Assembly: GCF_000143415.4 (NCBI RefSeq)
Contig: NW_003314326.1
Location: forward strand, 186,001-250,000
Source: Selaginella moellendorffii
Lineage: Eukaryota > Plantae > Lycopodiophyta
Reading direction: 5' to 3'
Length of the DNA stretch: 64,000 nt
Shown: piece by piece, positions 1 to 11,054 of the stretch
Position numbering within the stretch: position 1 is the stretch's first letter
How the letters are laid out: every line of letters begins with the position of its first letter
Program-made: the position numbers and the translations under genes
The notes under the pieces: generated by a model
What the model was told of the DNA's origin: nothing
The model's input: only the letters and a program-made list of their open reading frames with translations
Databases searched by the model: none

Positions 1-884
1 TCCGACCCTGGGTTGCTCGCATCGATCTTGTAAGCTTTCCGGGGCGTTGTCATGTCCTCGGGCCTTTGCCAGCAGAAGTGATCCGTGAATCCATCACCCA
101 CCTTAGTGAAAGGAAGTTGTGAGATACACAAGTAGAGCATGGTTAACTTTTTTTACCTCGCCCCAGAGCACATTGGGCTGTGGGTGTGCCTTGACGAGGT
201 AGTCGGCCCCCCATTTGATGGCGTCGAGGGTGTAGCCGAGCTGACCACTCGACTGGAGCTGCTTGTGGAACTCGATGGCGCTCCACGACATCATGGTGAT
301 GGTGAAGGCCATGGGCAGACCAAACTTGACATTGTCGCCCGCGTCGTAATACCCTCCAACCAAATCCACCTGGTAGTTCCAGCGCCACCATCAATCACCA
401 CAACGCAAAGTACTCAATTCGCAAAGGCACATCCGAAAGGGAAAGATATCCTAGAATGCAGCTATCTACACGCGAAAGTGCTCAAGCAAGCCAAGAAGCA
501 ACAACTAAGCTACAGTCGCTAGCTGCTGTTGGCACCACCACAACAACGACATCTCAGCCGACATATATATCCACACAAGACTGGAAGATCTAGCATCCTA
601 TCATGAGCTAACGACAACTATATAGATCAATCTCTCGACACCAGCATACCACATTCTCGCGCACTGCTTACCCCCTGAGATTTGCCATCCAAGAGTGCTG
701 AATCGGAGCGCCAGGCCGCCCTCTGGTCCGTGGGGAGCCGCCCAGATCTCTGCGCCTCGTAAAACAGGATGCTCTTGCTCAGCGCATCCTTGTAATCAAA
801 GGCCGACTGCCCGGCGCTGGCCAGGAGCAGCACGGCCCACCCCAGCACCCACATTCTGCCCGATCTTGCTGCTGCTGCTGCCAT
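1..884 (-). CDS. Glycoside hydrolase family 9 endo-1,4-beta-glucanase (5' part; continues off the window start)
   Basis: Exons ~884-672 (signal peptide + [22 protein letters not shown]), 369-157 ([22 protein letters not shown]...IKWGADYL) and 101-1 ([21 protein letters not shown]). GT-AG introns; classic GH9 motifs. Confidence 0.95.
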
Positions 885-1681
885 CTTTGTGCTGGAGTGG
901 AGGCTCTTCCTCCTCGGCCCTGGTACTGCGACCTCCACTCAATCGATAAGTTACAACTCACAGCAGCAGTAGAAGGAGCATTCTAAGGAAAAGAGCGATG
1001 CGAGATGTGGAAGCGCCTCTATGTTTAGCATGAGAGAGCTGCTGCTGGCTGGGTTTGCTGTGTTTCCTTGTTCTGTCTTGAATGCCCAAGCGAGAATGGG
1101 GGGCGAAGCGAGCTCGAACTCGTCAGCTCCAGACCATGGCAGCAGCAGCAGCAGCAGTAGCAGCAGCGGCGGCCAGGCAAAACAACAAAAGAAATGGAAA
1201 GCGACGCACACTCCTTCCTCTCTCTCTCGCGATGGAGTGTGTGTGTGTGTGGAGTGGCCTCCCTTTAAAAGCTTTAACAGTTAGTTATCCCACAATCAAG
1301 TTATTCGCCCTAACTTGGATGCTGACTTAAGCCCTAAATCGGCCGGCGGTTACCTCTCGGCGGCTTTGAATGCGGGCGGCATATACCCCGGTTCCCATCC
1401 GACGGCCCACATTCGCCCATCCCAGCTCACTGGTATACAGTCTTCAGACAATGCAGATTTATAAGAGTTGTTGCAAGTTGCAGGGAAGAATCGGATCAAT
1501 CCCTTCGCTTTTGCTGCCTTAGCGTTTTTCCCAACCAGATCTTTCGAGCCGACTGACCTATGTCACCGATTGCCGCCGCGTGTCGCGATCGGGACGCCAG
1601 GGATATTCCTCCCCGCGCTTAAATATGCGCTCTTTTGGCAAGAAGCCCTTCTTCAAGTTCTTCTGACATAAGCCAGCAGCA

Positions 1682-2017
1682 ATGGGTAAGAAAGACGCGG
1701 CAAAGGGCCACCACCATCACGGTCACGGTCATGGTCATGGCGGCTATCCCACCGGCTATCCTCCACAAGGTAGTAAGATCTCTCGAGTTTAGCTGGAGAT
1801 TTTCCCCCTCTCAAATCCTTTTCTTGGCACCGGGCAGGCTATTATCCACAGCAGCAGTACTACGGTCCGCCAAGGAGGCATGGAGGCGGTGGATTCCTCC
1901 GAGGCTGGTAAGTAAAAGCTCAAGCTTCTATTTCTTCCATTTTGCGGATCTCAGGAGTTTACTTTCATCAGCTTGGCTGCCCTGTGTTGCTGCTGCCTGG
2001 TGGACGAGTGCTTCTAA
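1682..2017 (+). CDS. CYSTM cysteine-rich tail-anchored peptide with a His/Gly-rich N-terminus
   Basis: Three exons splice to MGKKDAAKGHHHHGHGHGHGGYPTGYPPQGYYPQQQYYGPPRRHGGGGFLRGCLAALCCCCLVDECF*. GYPPQ repeats plus the GCLAALCCCC motif. Not captured as one ORF in the track. Confidence 0.9.
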
Positions 2018-2340
2018 GATCCATCGTTCCTAGTCATAGATTAAGAAAAAAAAATGTCGTTTATACGAGCGACTCCACACCCGTGTAATGTACATAATCA
2101 TCCATGAACATCAAACCGGCCTATTGAAGCTATGATCCCACCTTTTTGACGCGCAGCGCGCGCTTTCTCTTGCTTTAATAGACAATGCGAATCGCATCTT
2201 TTTGCTTTAATCGCCCAAGTCAAGCACCCCATTTGTCCCCACCAGTGCCGTCCTTCCACGTAAACCGCCACAAGTCATCCGAAAGAGCATCGCTTTTTAA
2301 GCTCCCGTTGGAGAGTTTCTTAGTGCAAAGCGAAGAAACG

Positions 2341-2657
2341 ATGGGGAAAGACTACGAGACTCCATATCCACCGCAAGGTTATCCTCCTCAAGGTACTCTC
2401 CAAAATTTCCACTTTGGGTCATCAAGGTCTCCTCCGCTGTGCAGGCTATTACCAGCAGCCTCCTCCTGTTGCTCCTCCTCCACAGTACTACTCTCAAGCA
2501 CCGCCTCGGAGAAGCGGTGGATTCCTCCAAGGATGGTAAATCTCTTTCCAGTAGTCTACAGATCGCTTACATTGTGATTTGCAGTCTCGCAGCACTGTGC
2601 TGCTGTTGCCTGTTGGATGAATGCTGCTGTGATCCCACCATTCTTATCGACTGCTGA
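2341..2657 (+). CDS. CYSTM peptide (tandem paralog)
   Basis: Three exons: MGKDYETPYPPQGYPPQG / YYQQPPPVAPPPQYYSQAPPRRSGGFLQG / CLAALCCCCLLDECCCDPTILIDC*. Same intron positions as the upstream copy. Confidence 0.9.
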
Positions 2658-2730
2658 AGCAGTGCCTTCTCGTTGAATTCGCACCTGTTCTTATAATACA
2701 AGCCAAAGATTAAGGTATCTCATCGTGTGA

Positions 2731-5523
2731 TCATCGTGTGTGTGCGTCTGAGAGTAGCACATAGGCCGCTCCCTCGTTAGGATCCATGCCAAGAACATTT
2801 GTGGCGGCAATGGCTCCCTGCCTGGTGTTCTTGTGGTTCCTACACGCCGCGAGCAGGCACTTCCAGTCGAGAACATCGGGTGCGAAGGGCATGCTTGCAA
2901 GCAGTTCTCTGGCAGCATCCAAATGCCCCGCTCTCCCAAGCACGTCCAGCACGCAGCTGAAGTGCTGCTTCACCGGGCGCACTCCATAGTCTGTAGGCAT
3001 CGATACCAGGCAGCTGCGGCAATCTCGCAAGTCGCCAGTGTGGCTGAGAGCTGCCAGCGCCGACACGAAGCAAGCCTCGTCCGGAACCTCGCTAGCTTTC
3101 ATCTCCTCGAAGATCGCCACCACCGACGTGAAGTCGCCGCAATCCGCGTGAGCCGCCAGTACTGCACTCCACGACACTGTGCTCCGCTCCGGCATGGTGG
3201 CGAAGAGCTTGCGTAGCTCTACGAGACGCCCGCAGGCGGCCAACCCGGTGAGCATAGCATTCCAGGACACAACGTCCCGCTGCGGCATAGCGTCAAAGCA
3301 ACACTTGGCATCTTCAAGCTGCCCGTTGTGCGCATAAGCAGTAAGCATAGCTGTGTCGGCGACGACGTCACTATACGGGATGCTGGCGTGGATCAGCTTT
3401 GCCTCCTCCAGGTACCCGGTGTGGGCATACGAGCACAGCAGGCAATTCCAAGACGTCACGTCCCTCTCGGGCATCTCGTCAAACGTGCGCTTGGCACTCT
3501 CCAGGTGCTCTTTCCCTTTGATGGAGTATGCCGACAGCAGCGCGTTCCACGATACGAGATTCCGCTGCTGCATCGCATCAAACACCTCCTTGGCCTTTCG
3601 GGCATCTTGCTCCCCAGCCGCCGCTAACATCGTATTCCACCACCCGATGTCCTTGCTCTGATTGTCATGCTCGTGTGGGAGCTCAAAGGTGTGCCGCGAG
3701 GAGGACTGGAGATGGAGGTGGAGGTGGAGGATAAGATTCCATGACACACTATTCCATCTCGACATGCTGTCGAATGTCTTCTTGGCGTTTTCAGCGTCAC
3801 CGGCTTGCACATACGATGTCAGCAACGAGTTCCACGACACAATGTCCCGCTGCGGCATGGAGTCAAACAGCCCCTTGGCATGCCCAGTGTGGGCGTATGC
3901 GGCTAGTAAGACGTTCCACGCCACCACATTCCGCTCCGGCGTCGCGTCGAACACCCGCTTCGCAGATTCTACATCACCGACGCGGGCGTACCCGGCAGCC
4001 ATGCTCGCCCAGGACACCTGATTTCTCTTTGGCATCGCAGAGAAGACGAGCTCGGCATCTCGCAGCTCGCCAGCGTGAACGTAGCCACCAAGCAACGCGT
4101 TGTAGGAGATGACGTCCCGTTCAGGCATGGAGTCAAAGGCGGACTTGGCCTCAAGAAGATGGCCCCTGGAAGCCAAGGCCGAGATCATGGCATTGTGAGA
4201 CACGAGATCGTGCTGTGGCATGGCAGCAAAGCTCTGTCGGGCACTTTCCAGCTGCGGATCATTCAGCTGTGCATAGCCGGACAGCATCGCGTTCCAAGAG
4301 ACCAGATCGTGCTGCTCCATCTCCTGGTGAAACAAGAGCTTCGCTCTGTCCATGAGGCCATGTCTCGTGTACAATGCCAGCATCGAATTCCAAGAGACAA
4401 GATCTCGCAGTGGAATCTCAGTGGCAAACATTTTCTCCGCTCCATCGACGTCGCCATCGTGTGCTGAAGCCGTGAGCATGGCGTTCCATGATATCAAGCT
4501 CCTCGCAGGCATGGTTAGAAAGAGCTCCTGTGCTTCCTCCAAAAGCCCGAGTTGGGCATATGCAGCTAGCATGGCATTCCAAGACACAAGATCTTTTGCA
4601 GGCATCTGGTCAAAACACTGTCGCGTTTTACTTATGTTCCCCATTTTCGTATGAGCTGTGAGGAAAGAATTCCACGAGATTATGTTGTGGCGGGGCATAG
4701 CGTCCATAAGCTTGCGCGCTTCACAAAGATCTCCGCTTTGGGCATATGCAGAGAGCATGGTGTTCCAGGAGATCAGATTTTTAGCATGCATGCGTGAAAA
4801 CAATCTCCTTGCATCATCGTAGTCTCCGGCTAGAGCCAGCGCAGCCAGCATTGCATTCCATGAGATAAGATCCCATTCGGGCATACTAGCAAAGACCTGC
4901 TTGGCAAGATGCAGTTCTCCAGCTTGGGAATACGCGGTGAGCATCACATTTCCAGACGCCACGTCCCGGTCGTTCATGGAATCAAACATCCTCCTGGCTT
5001 GCTGGAGGCGTCCAGCTTGGGTGTAGGCAGCCAGCATCGTGTTCTTACACACCACATCCTTAAACTGGACAGGCATCCTTGCAAAAACGCTCTCCGCTTT
5101 GACAAGATGCCCGCTTCGGGAGAATGCCGTGAGCATCGCAGTCCACGACACCAGATTTCTCCCTTCCATCGAGTTGAACAGGCGCTCCATCTCTTGCAGT
5201 CGCCCATTGCCGGCATACGCAGCCAAGAGCGCATTGCTGGCGGCGTGGTGGTGGCCACGATCACCGGGGATGGCATCGAACACCTTGCGAGCTTCCTCTA
5301 CGCTCCCGCATCGGCCATACATGGCGATGAGCCGAGAGGAGAGCTGGCAATCCTGATCATCGCGTAGCATCCCGGATCGACCGAGCTGGGCGTGGATCCG
5401 GCGGGCCGCGGTCAGTTGCGTGCACGAGTGGATGAGAGCAATACATTCCGACCGCGACGGAGGCGGTGGCGACGCTACTGCTGCTGATGCTGCTGTGTGG
5501 AAGGCGGCATCACGCTGTGTCAT
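2731..5523 (-). CDS. PLS-class pentatricopeptide repeat protein with E extension, no DYW
   Basis: 930-aa intronless ORF with tandem ~31-aa repeats (SWNAMLxAYA...A++F++MP). C-terminal HFSCVLDVLGRAG...WKCLLAAC...YVLLS. Confidence 0.95.
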   Translation of the reverse strand: MTQRDAAFHTAASAAVASPPPPSRSECIALIHSCTQLTAARRIHAQLGRSGMLRDDQDCQLSSRLIAMYGRCGSVEEARKVFDAIPGDRGHHHAASNALLAAYAGNGRLQEMERLFNSMEGRNLVSWTAMLTAFSRSGHLVKAESVFARMPVQFKDVVCKNTMLAAYTQAGRLQQARRMFDSMNDRDVASGNVMLTAYSQAGELHLAKQVFASMPEWDLISWNAMLAALALAGDYDDARRLFSRMHAKNLISWNTMLSAYAQSGDLCEARKLMDAMPRHNIISWNSFLTAHTKMGNISKTRQCFDQMPAKDLVSWNAMLAAYAQLGLLEEAQELFLTMPARSLISWNAMLTASAHDGDVDGAEKMFATEIPLRDLVSWNSMLALYTRHGLMDRAKLLFHQEMEQHDLVSWNAMLSGYAQLNDPQLESARQSFAAMPQHDLVSHNAMISALASRGHLLEAKSAFDSMPERDVISYNALLGGYVHAGELRDAELVFSAMPKRNQVSWASMAAGYARVGDVESAKRVFDATPERNVVAWNVLLAAYAHTGHAKGLFDSMPQRDIVSWNSLLTSYVQAGDAENAKKTFDSMSRWNSVSWNLILHLHLHLQSSSRHTFELPHEHDNQSKDIGWWNTMLAAAGEQDARKAKEVFDAMQQRNLVSWNALLSAYSIKGKEHLESAKRTFDEMPERDVTSWNCLLCSYAHTGYLEEAKLIHASIPYSDVVADTAMLTAYAHNGQLEDAKCCFDAMPQRDVVSWNAMLTGLAACGRLVELRKLFATMPERSTVSWSAVLAAHADCGDFTSVVAIFEEMKASEVPDEACFVSALAALSHTGDLRDCRSCLVSMPTDYGVRPVKQHFSCVLDVLGRAGHLDAARELLASMPFAPDVLDWKCLLAACRNHKNTRQGAIAATNVLGMDPNEGAAYVLLSDAHTR

Positions 5524-5650
5524 GCCTTGGCCAGCGCCATAGCTGATCGATCACTCGATGAAAAGAAAAACGAGTAAAAGTGGCAAGTCAAACATCGGTA
5601 GATGGAGGAAGGTCCATCGAAGAGCACTATTTGTGGCTCTAGCCTAGCCC

Positions 5651-6727
5651 ATGATTCCCCTCCTCATTCTCATCTTGTGGGCGATCGCGGGCGACGCTGA
5701 TCCAGCAATTGCGCCACTGGGGATCCGCCGACATATCTCGAGCTTGCTCGGGGGCAGTAGCAGTGGTCGCCCTAGCAGCGGTGGTAGCAACAGCATGGTC
5801 ATGGATGTGTTCTACGTCTCTCACGGCTCGCCCATGCTGCCGTTCGAGGAGATCCCCGCCAGGGATTTCTTCAAGGGCATGGCCAAGCTGGTGAAGCACA
5901 AGCCCAAGGCGATTCTCATGGTGTCCGGCCACTGGGAGACCCGGGATCCGATGGTGAGCACCACAGCGCGCAACCCTACCATTCACGACTTCTACGGCTT
6001 CCCTCGCGAGCTCTACGAGGTGAGATCTCTTCGCCCAGTAGGAAAAGAAGTCTCACCAGAGGGACGATTGTGGCACAGCTCAAGTACGAGGCACCCGGTG
6101 CTCCCGACGTAGCAAGGCGAGCCAAGCAGCTCCTCCAGGACGCTGGATTCAAGCAAGCCGGCGAGGATCCCAAGCGAGGCCTGGATCACGGTGCATGGGT
6201 TCCACTGTGGCTGGCCTTCCCCGACGCCGACATTCCAGTCTTCCAGCTCTCGCTCCAGTCGCACAAGGACGCCGCCTATCACTACCGGCTGGGCCGCGCG
6301 TTAACTCCGCTCACCCGCGAGGGCGTTCTTATCATCGGATCCGGGACTACCACGCACAACCTCCGGCACATGCTGCCCACCGTCCCGGACTGGGGGAAGG
6401 CCTTCGACGACTGGCTCTACGACTGCTTGATCCACCAGAGGTACGCGCACAAAAGCAAAGTTGGCTAGCAATGAATGAAGAACTGATGCTCTTTCTCACA
6501 GATATGACGAAGTCACGCAGTTCATGGACAAGGCGCCGTATGCCAAGCTCAACCATCCAACACCCGACCATTTCCTTCCATTGTTGGTGGCATTAGGAGC
6601 CGCTGGAGAGGGCGCTACGGCTCAAGCAATCCACAGGAGCTGGCATGGAAGCTTCTCCATGGCTAGCTATGTCTTCAAGCCTGCTGTTGGAGCTCCTGGG
6701 CCACAACAACAACAACAAGAGCTATGA
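5651..6727 (+). CDS. LigB-family extradiol ring-cleavage dioxygenase (4,5-DOPA dioxygenase-like, non-betalain HNLR type)
   Basis: Motifs FYVSHGSP, SGHWET, TIHDFYGFP, RGLDHGAWVPL, GSGTTTHNLR, HPTPDHFLPL across 3 exons. Start could be 5651 or the downstream ATGs near 5795-5801. Confidence 0.93.
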
Positions 6728-6867
6728 CTGCTGGTACACAGTTGGGTGTGAGAAAGAATAAACTCTCTTGACAGGGCGTTGGGCATTTCTCACCCCCGCA
6801 GCTTTTCAGCGCTACTAGACAGTGAAGAAATGCGAGCTCTTTGTTTGTCAAGGAATCGCGTGTTTGT

Positions 6868-8309
6868 CTATCCTTCCATGAGACCTCTCAAGGTGACGGG
6901 GCTGCTAACCGGGGCAGCAGCCTCGGCCGGGATGGCCAGAGACTGCACCAGCAAGTCCGACACGTCCCGCATGGAGGGCCGGCTTGAAGACTCCCTCTGC
7001 GTGCACAACCGCGCCAGCTCGCAAACCGAGTAGAGCTCCATGGGGCACACGTTGCTCATCGACTTGTCCACCAGATCCATCATCCTGTCCCGGCTTTGTA
7101 GGAACTGCTGCGCCTGTTCAGCACCACAAACAACATGAGCTCTTTCTTGCACAAGAGTGTGAGAGAGATTGCGTACCCATTCCACAAGCATGCCGGTCTC
7201 CTCGGAGAAGGCCTGCTTTCCCGATAGAACCTCGAGCAGCAGCACACCAAAGGAGAACACATCCCCGGCTCGGCTGTACACTCCCCGGTGCACTATCTCC
7301 GGGTCCACGTAGCCACCCGTCTTGCGAACCAGTGCCAGCTCCGAGCTCCCAGCAATAGGCACCCTCCCCAGCCCTGTGATCTGCTCAGCTTTCCAAGGCA
7401 TTCTCAATTTTCTCAGAAACTAAAGAAAGGAAAGAGTTCCCTCATACACCATAGCCCATACCTTTGCGGCAAAGTCTTCAGTGAGGAGTATGTTGCGAGA
7501 CCTCAAGTCACCGTGTATGACTGGAGGGTTGCATAGGTGGTGGAGGTATGCCAAGCCGTATGCAGCACCTACGATAATGCGCATTCTTTGCTTCCACGAG
7601 AGGTTCTCGTCTCCTGAAACCAGGGACTCGGGGGGTCAGTTCTTCCCCCGAGACTAACGTACGTACTTATCGAGTTGCCATACCCGTATGCAGGTTCTCA
7701 AATAGCGTACCATTGGGAGCGTATTGGAAGAGGAGCATCCTGTAGGACACAGTTTTCAGAAAAACGAGCTACAGTTTCCATGCCTACCTCTCTTGTTTCT
7801 CGTCGCAGATGCCCACGAGGTTTGCCAAATGCTGGTGGTGAACGCGTGAGAGAAGCTCCATCTGGAAGCAGCAGCCGATTTATTGGGCATCTGCGCGGCC
7901 GCGGCTGCAAGAGAAGGGAAGACGCTCGTACCTGGAACCGGAAGCTGGCTTCCACATCCGAGCACTCGGAAACATCTTGCTTGAGTTTCTTGACAGCCAC
8001 CTCCATTCCATCCGAGAGAATTCCCTTGTAAACCCGGTTGGTGCTCCCCTGCCCGATGAGGTTACTAAACCCCTCGCTCAGTAGCTCCACTTCCTGGAGC
8101 GTGAAGCTCAGAACGTGTCCTCTAACAGCGCCCTTGACCAGGCTCTCCTTCCCCTTGGTGCCGCCGCCGGAAGCGACGGGAAGGACGTGGTGCTTGCCGG
8201 CCTTGAGCCTCCGGTGGATCATGATGAGCAGCTGGAAGATGGACACGACGAACACTGCCGCGGAGATGACAGACGCTGCTCCAACAATCCCAAATATCCA
8301 TGTTGCCAT
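6868..8309 (-). CDS. Membrane-anchored receptor-like kinase lacking an ectodomain; probable pseudokinase
   Basis: N-terminal hydrophobic helix; IGQGSTNRVYKG, VAVKKL, LSWKQRMRIIVGAAYGLAYLH, IHGDLRSRNILL, ITGLG at the DFG position, GYVDPE, DVFSFGVLLLE, RPSM. Multi-exon. Confidence 0.88.
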
Positions 8310-9216
8310 AGCTAGCTCTCGAGCATCCCAGATCTACGTCTCACCTCTCCACATTCCCTGTCTTTTCAAAGCAGATGACCATTGCAGATTCTCGAGAAAG
8401 AGTGACGTCTCCGCGAGCCTGCATTGCCTTCGCCCCTGTTCGTCACCACGAAAAACATTTAATCTTTTGAGCCATCGTCCATTCCAAAGATCACTGACCT
8501 GGCCGATGCGAGAGCAGCAGCAGCAGCAGCAGCACTGGACAGCACTACTGGTGCGATATTCCGATCATGAGAGTTATGGATCATGGACCACCAAACTCCC
8601 CAGAGGCGAGGCAGTAGTGAGGAGCATCCATCAGTCCCTCTCACTTTGCCTCGCCTTTCTCCACTGTGTGCCTGCCACTTCCCTTGTTTGCTTTGATTAG
8701 AGTATTCGCTAAGGAGACTACCTTGAGAAAAAAATTCCAGGAGACAGCTTCGCTCCATGTGTCCGTCACTCTGGATGACGATGACCCACACCAACGTATA
8801 ATTTATGAAGTGAGTTGCGCCCTTTCTCTTTCTCTTTCTCTTTGGAGATTTAACTCCATGTCCATGCTTTGCTTCACTTTTGTTCCAAAAGGAGAAGGGA
8901 AATGGCTGTATTGTCTGCTTGTCCGTGTCGTCATCGGCATTCATCCATAGGTGTACGTAGCCACCTTGTCTATTCCAACTTTTGCCAATGTACCACCTTT
9001 GCCTTTTTCCTGCCTCGAAACTTTATTTCCTGTCAAGCCAGCCTCAGAAGAAAAGGATTGAAAACAGGAGAAACGAACGCACCGAGGGACGACGATCTAG
9101 TAGCTGGTTAGTTGGAGCAAGCCCGTGCTTTGCTTTGTAGGTGGAGCACGCATAAGTTGCATGGAGCCTGGCTTTTAAGCAGTAGCCAAGTGAGATAATC
9201 GCGCCTCTGGGATGCC

Positions 9217-10343
9217 ATGAACAGCAGGAAAGTAATCTGGTACTCCTACGTGCTCTGGAGCAGCCTGCTCGGCGACAGCCAAGCACAAGGTGCGTAGCAT
9301 TTTCCTCCGTTTCCTGGTGTTTGCTTGGTGGAGCCTTAACTTCATCCAAAGTTATGGCAGTAGCTCCTCCACAGTTTGGAGTGAACTATGGCCGCGTCGC
9401 CAGCAACCTTCCCAGGCCAGCCGATGTTGCCAACCTGGTGGCCGGGGAAGGGATCAGCAGGGTGAGGATTCTGGACATAGAGCCAGCGGTTCTTCGGGCA
9501 TTTGCACGCTTTGGATCCCCGGTGAGAATGTCCGTCACCCTGCCCACCGAAATGATCTTCGACGTGGCCATGAGCGAGAGCTGCGCGCGTGCGTGGTTCT
9601 ACCAGCACATCTTCCCTTACAGAGCCCAGATCGAGACCATCCTCGTCGGCAACGAGATCCTCACGCTGCACCAAGAGATGGCCAGGCTCCTGGTCCCGGC
9701 CATGGAAAACTTGCACCGCGTGTTGGTCAGCGTCGGGATGAGCCGAGCCATCCGGGTTTCCACAGCTCACGCCATGGACATCCTGGACAGCACCGATCCT
9801 CCTTCCAGCGGATCGTTTGGGAGCAAGTACCGCGAGACCCTGCGAAGAATGCTCTACTTTCTGCTCGTCACAAACTCCTCCTTCACTGTCAACGTCTACC
9901 CATACTACGTCTACCAGCAGGACAAAGGCCGCACTGTCTCTCTCGACTACGCGCTTGGAAACGTGAGCGCCGACGCCATGATGGATCCACACACTGGCCT
10001 CAACTACACCAGCCTGCTCAAAGCTCAGCTGGACGCCGTCTACTCGGCCATGACCAAGCTGGGCTACGGCGGGGTGCGACTCGTGGTGTCCGAGACGGGC
10101 TGGCCGTCGAGCGGAGGATTTGGGGCCAGCAAGAAGAAATCCTGTCACTTCTTCTGCAACCTCCTTCAGGAGGTTTCTAGCGGAGCTGGGACGCCCTTGA
10201 GACCACACCACCCTATTCAGGCTTACCACTTTGCGCTCTTCAACGAGAACCTCAAGCGCGGCGCCGTGGAGCAAAACTTTGGTATCTTCTACCCCAACAT
10301 GACCAGGGTTTACCCATGCATTTGCTCCGAGGGAGTTGACTAA
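9217..10343 (+). CDS. GH17 beta-1,3-glucanase
   Basis: FGVNYGRVASNLP, ILVGNE, VSTAH, VNVYPY, VVSETGWPS, FALFNENLK, EQNFGIF. A short first exon from 9217 with a phase-1 intron is inferred; alternative start 9354. Confidence 0.92.
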
Positions 10344-10555
10344 ATGACCATGCAGTCTACCATGGTCAAACGCACACTGATGACTAAGCGTGGAAATGAA
10401 AAAGCCTGTGCCCTGCGCGTGTGTGTGCGCTTGCAATGGATGTAGGATCAGCCACAAGGCATGGCCTTCCTAACAGCTCGCTCGTACACAGAGAAAACTC
10501 TTAAAGTCAGCGGCATGAGGAGAGCCAAGAGAAAACTCGCCACAAACTTGTAAGC

Positions 10556-10867
10556 ATGACGGCTGTGCTGGCATCTTTGGCCGCAGTGGTGGTAGTATCG
10601 CTGCTGCTGATGAATGCCGGTGGACAACAGCGTCCGGAGCCAAATTGCGCGACGGGGCGGACGGCGACGATTCTGAGCTACTGCCTGCCCACTGTTCTCC
10701 ACGAGAGCCCGCCAAATAGCACCGTCTCACGCCTCTGTTGCAACACTCTGGCTACTTACACCTGGGACTGCCTGTGCGCCCTTGGCCCGCACCAGTTTAG
10801 ATGGTTCCTCGTCTTCATGGAGGACGTCACCACCTTGTGTGGAGCCCCAGTTATCGGCTGCAAGTAA
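10556..10867 (+). CDS. Secreted 8-cysteine-motif protein (nsLTP/prolamin superfamily)
   Basis: Signal peptide followed by C-C-CC-CxC-C-C spacing in 103 aa. Confidence 0.8.
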   Translation: MTAVLASLAAVVVVSLLLMNAGGQQRPEPNCATGRTATILSYCLPTVLHESPPNSTVSRLCCNTLATYTWDCLCALGPHQFRWFLVFMEDVTTLCGAPVIGCK

Positions 10868-11054
10868 GTACTATACTAGCTCCAGATTCTAGTTTAGTGT
10901 GATGCTTCATATTGTATTGGTTGTTTTTCTCAGTTTCTCCACACGCAAGAAAATCACAGGCAACGAGAGTACACAACACGAATGATCCGCTCAAAGTAAC
11001 GCTAGTGCTCTCTAGAATCAAAATAATTTTCGGAATGAGAAGTTAGTGCTTGAA

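Noticed and set aside
951-1330. Poly-Leu/Ser/Ala ORFs upstream of GH9
   Set aside because: They arise from CAG, CT and GT microsatellites in the promoter/UTR.
2731-5523. Periodic ~93-bp repeats (ttccacgacac...) as a CRISPR-like or satellite array
   Set aside because: They are the coding periodicity of 31-aa PPR motifs.
5651-6727. Betalain-pathway DODA
   Set aside because: It carries the HNLR motif of general LigB homologs, not the betalain-type motif.
8770-8950. Possible miRNA-like hairpin (tggatga..cgatgac / gtcatcg..tcatcca)
   Set aside because: Only a short, bulged complementarity and no recognisable mature miRNA; it cannot be supported without folding and small-RNA data.
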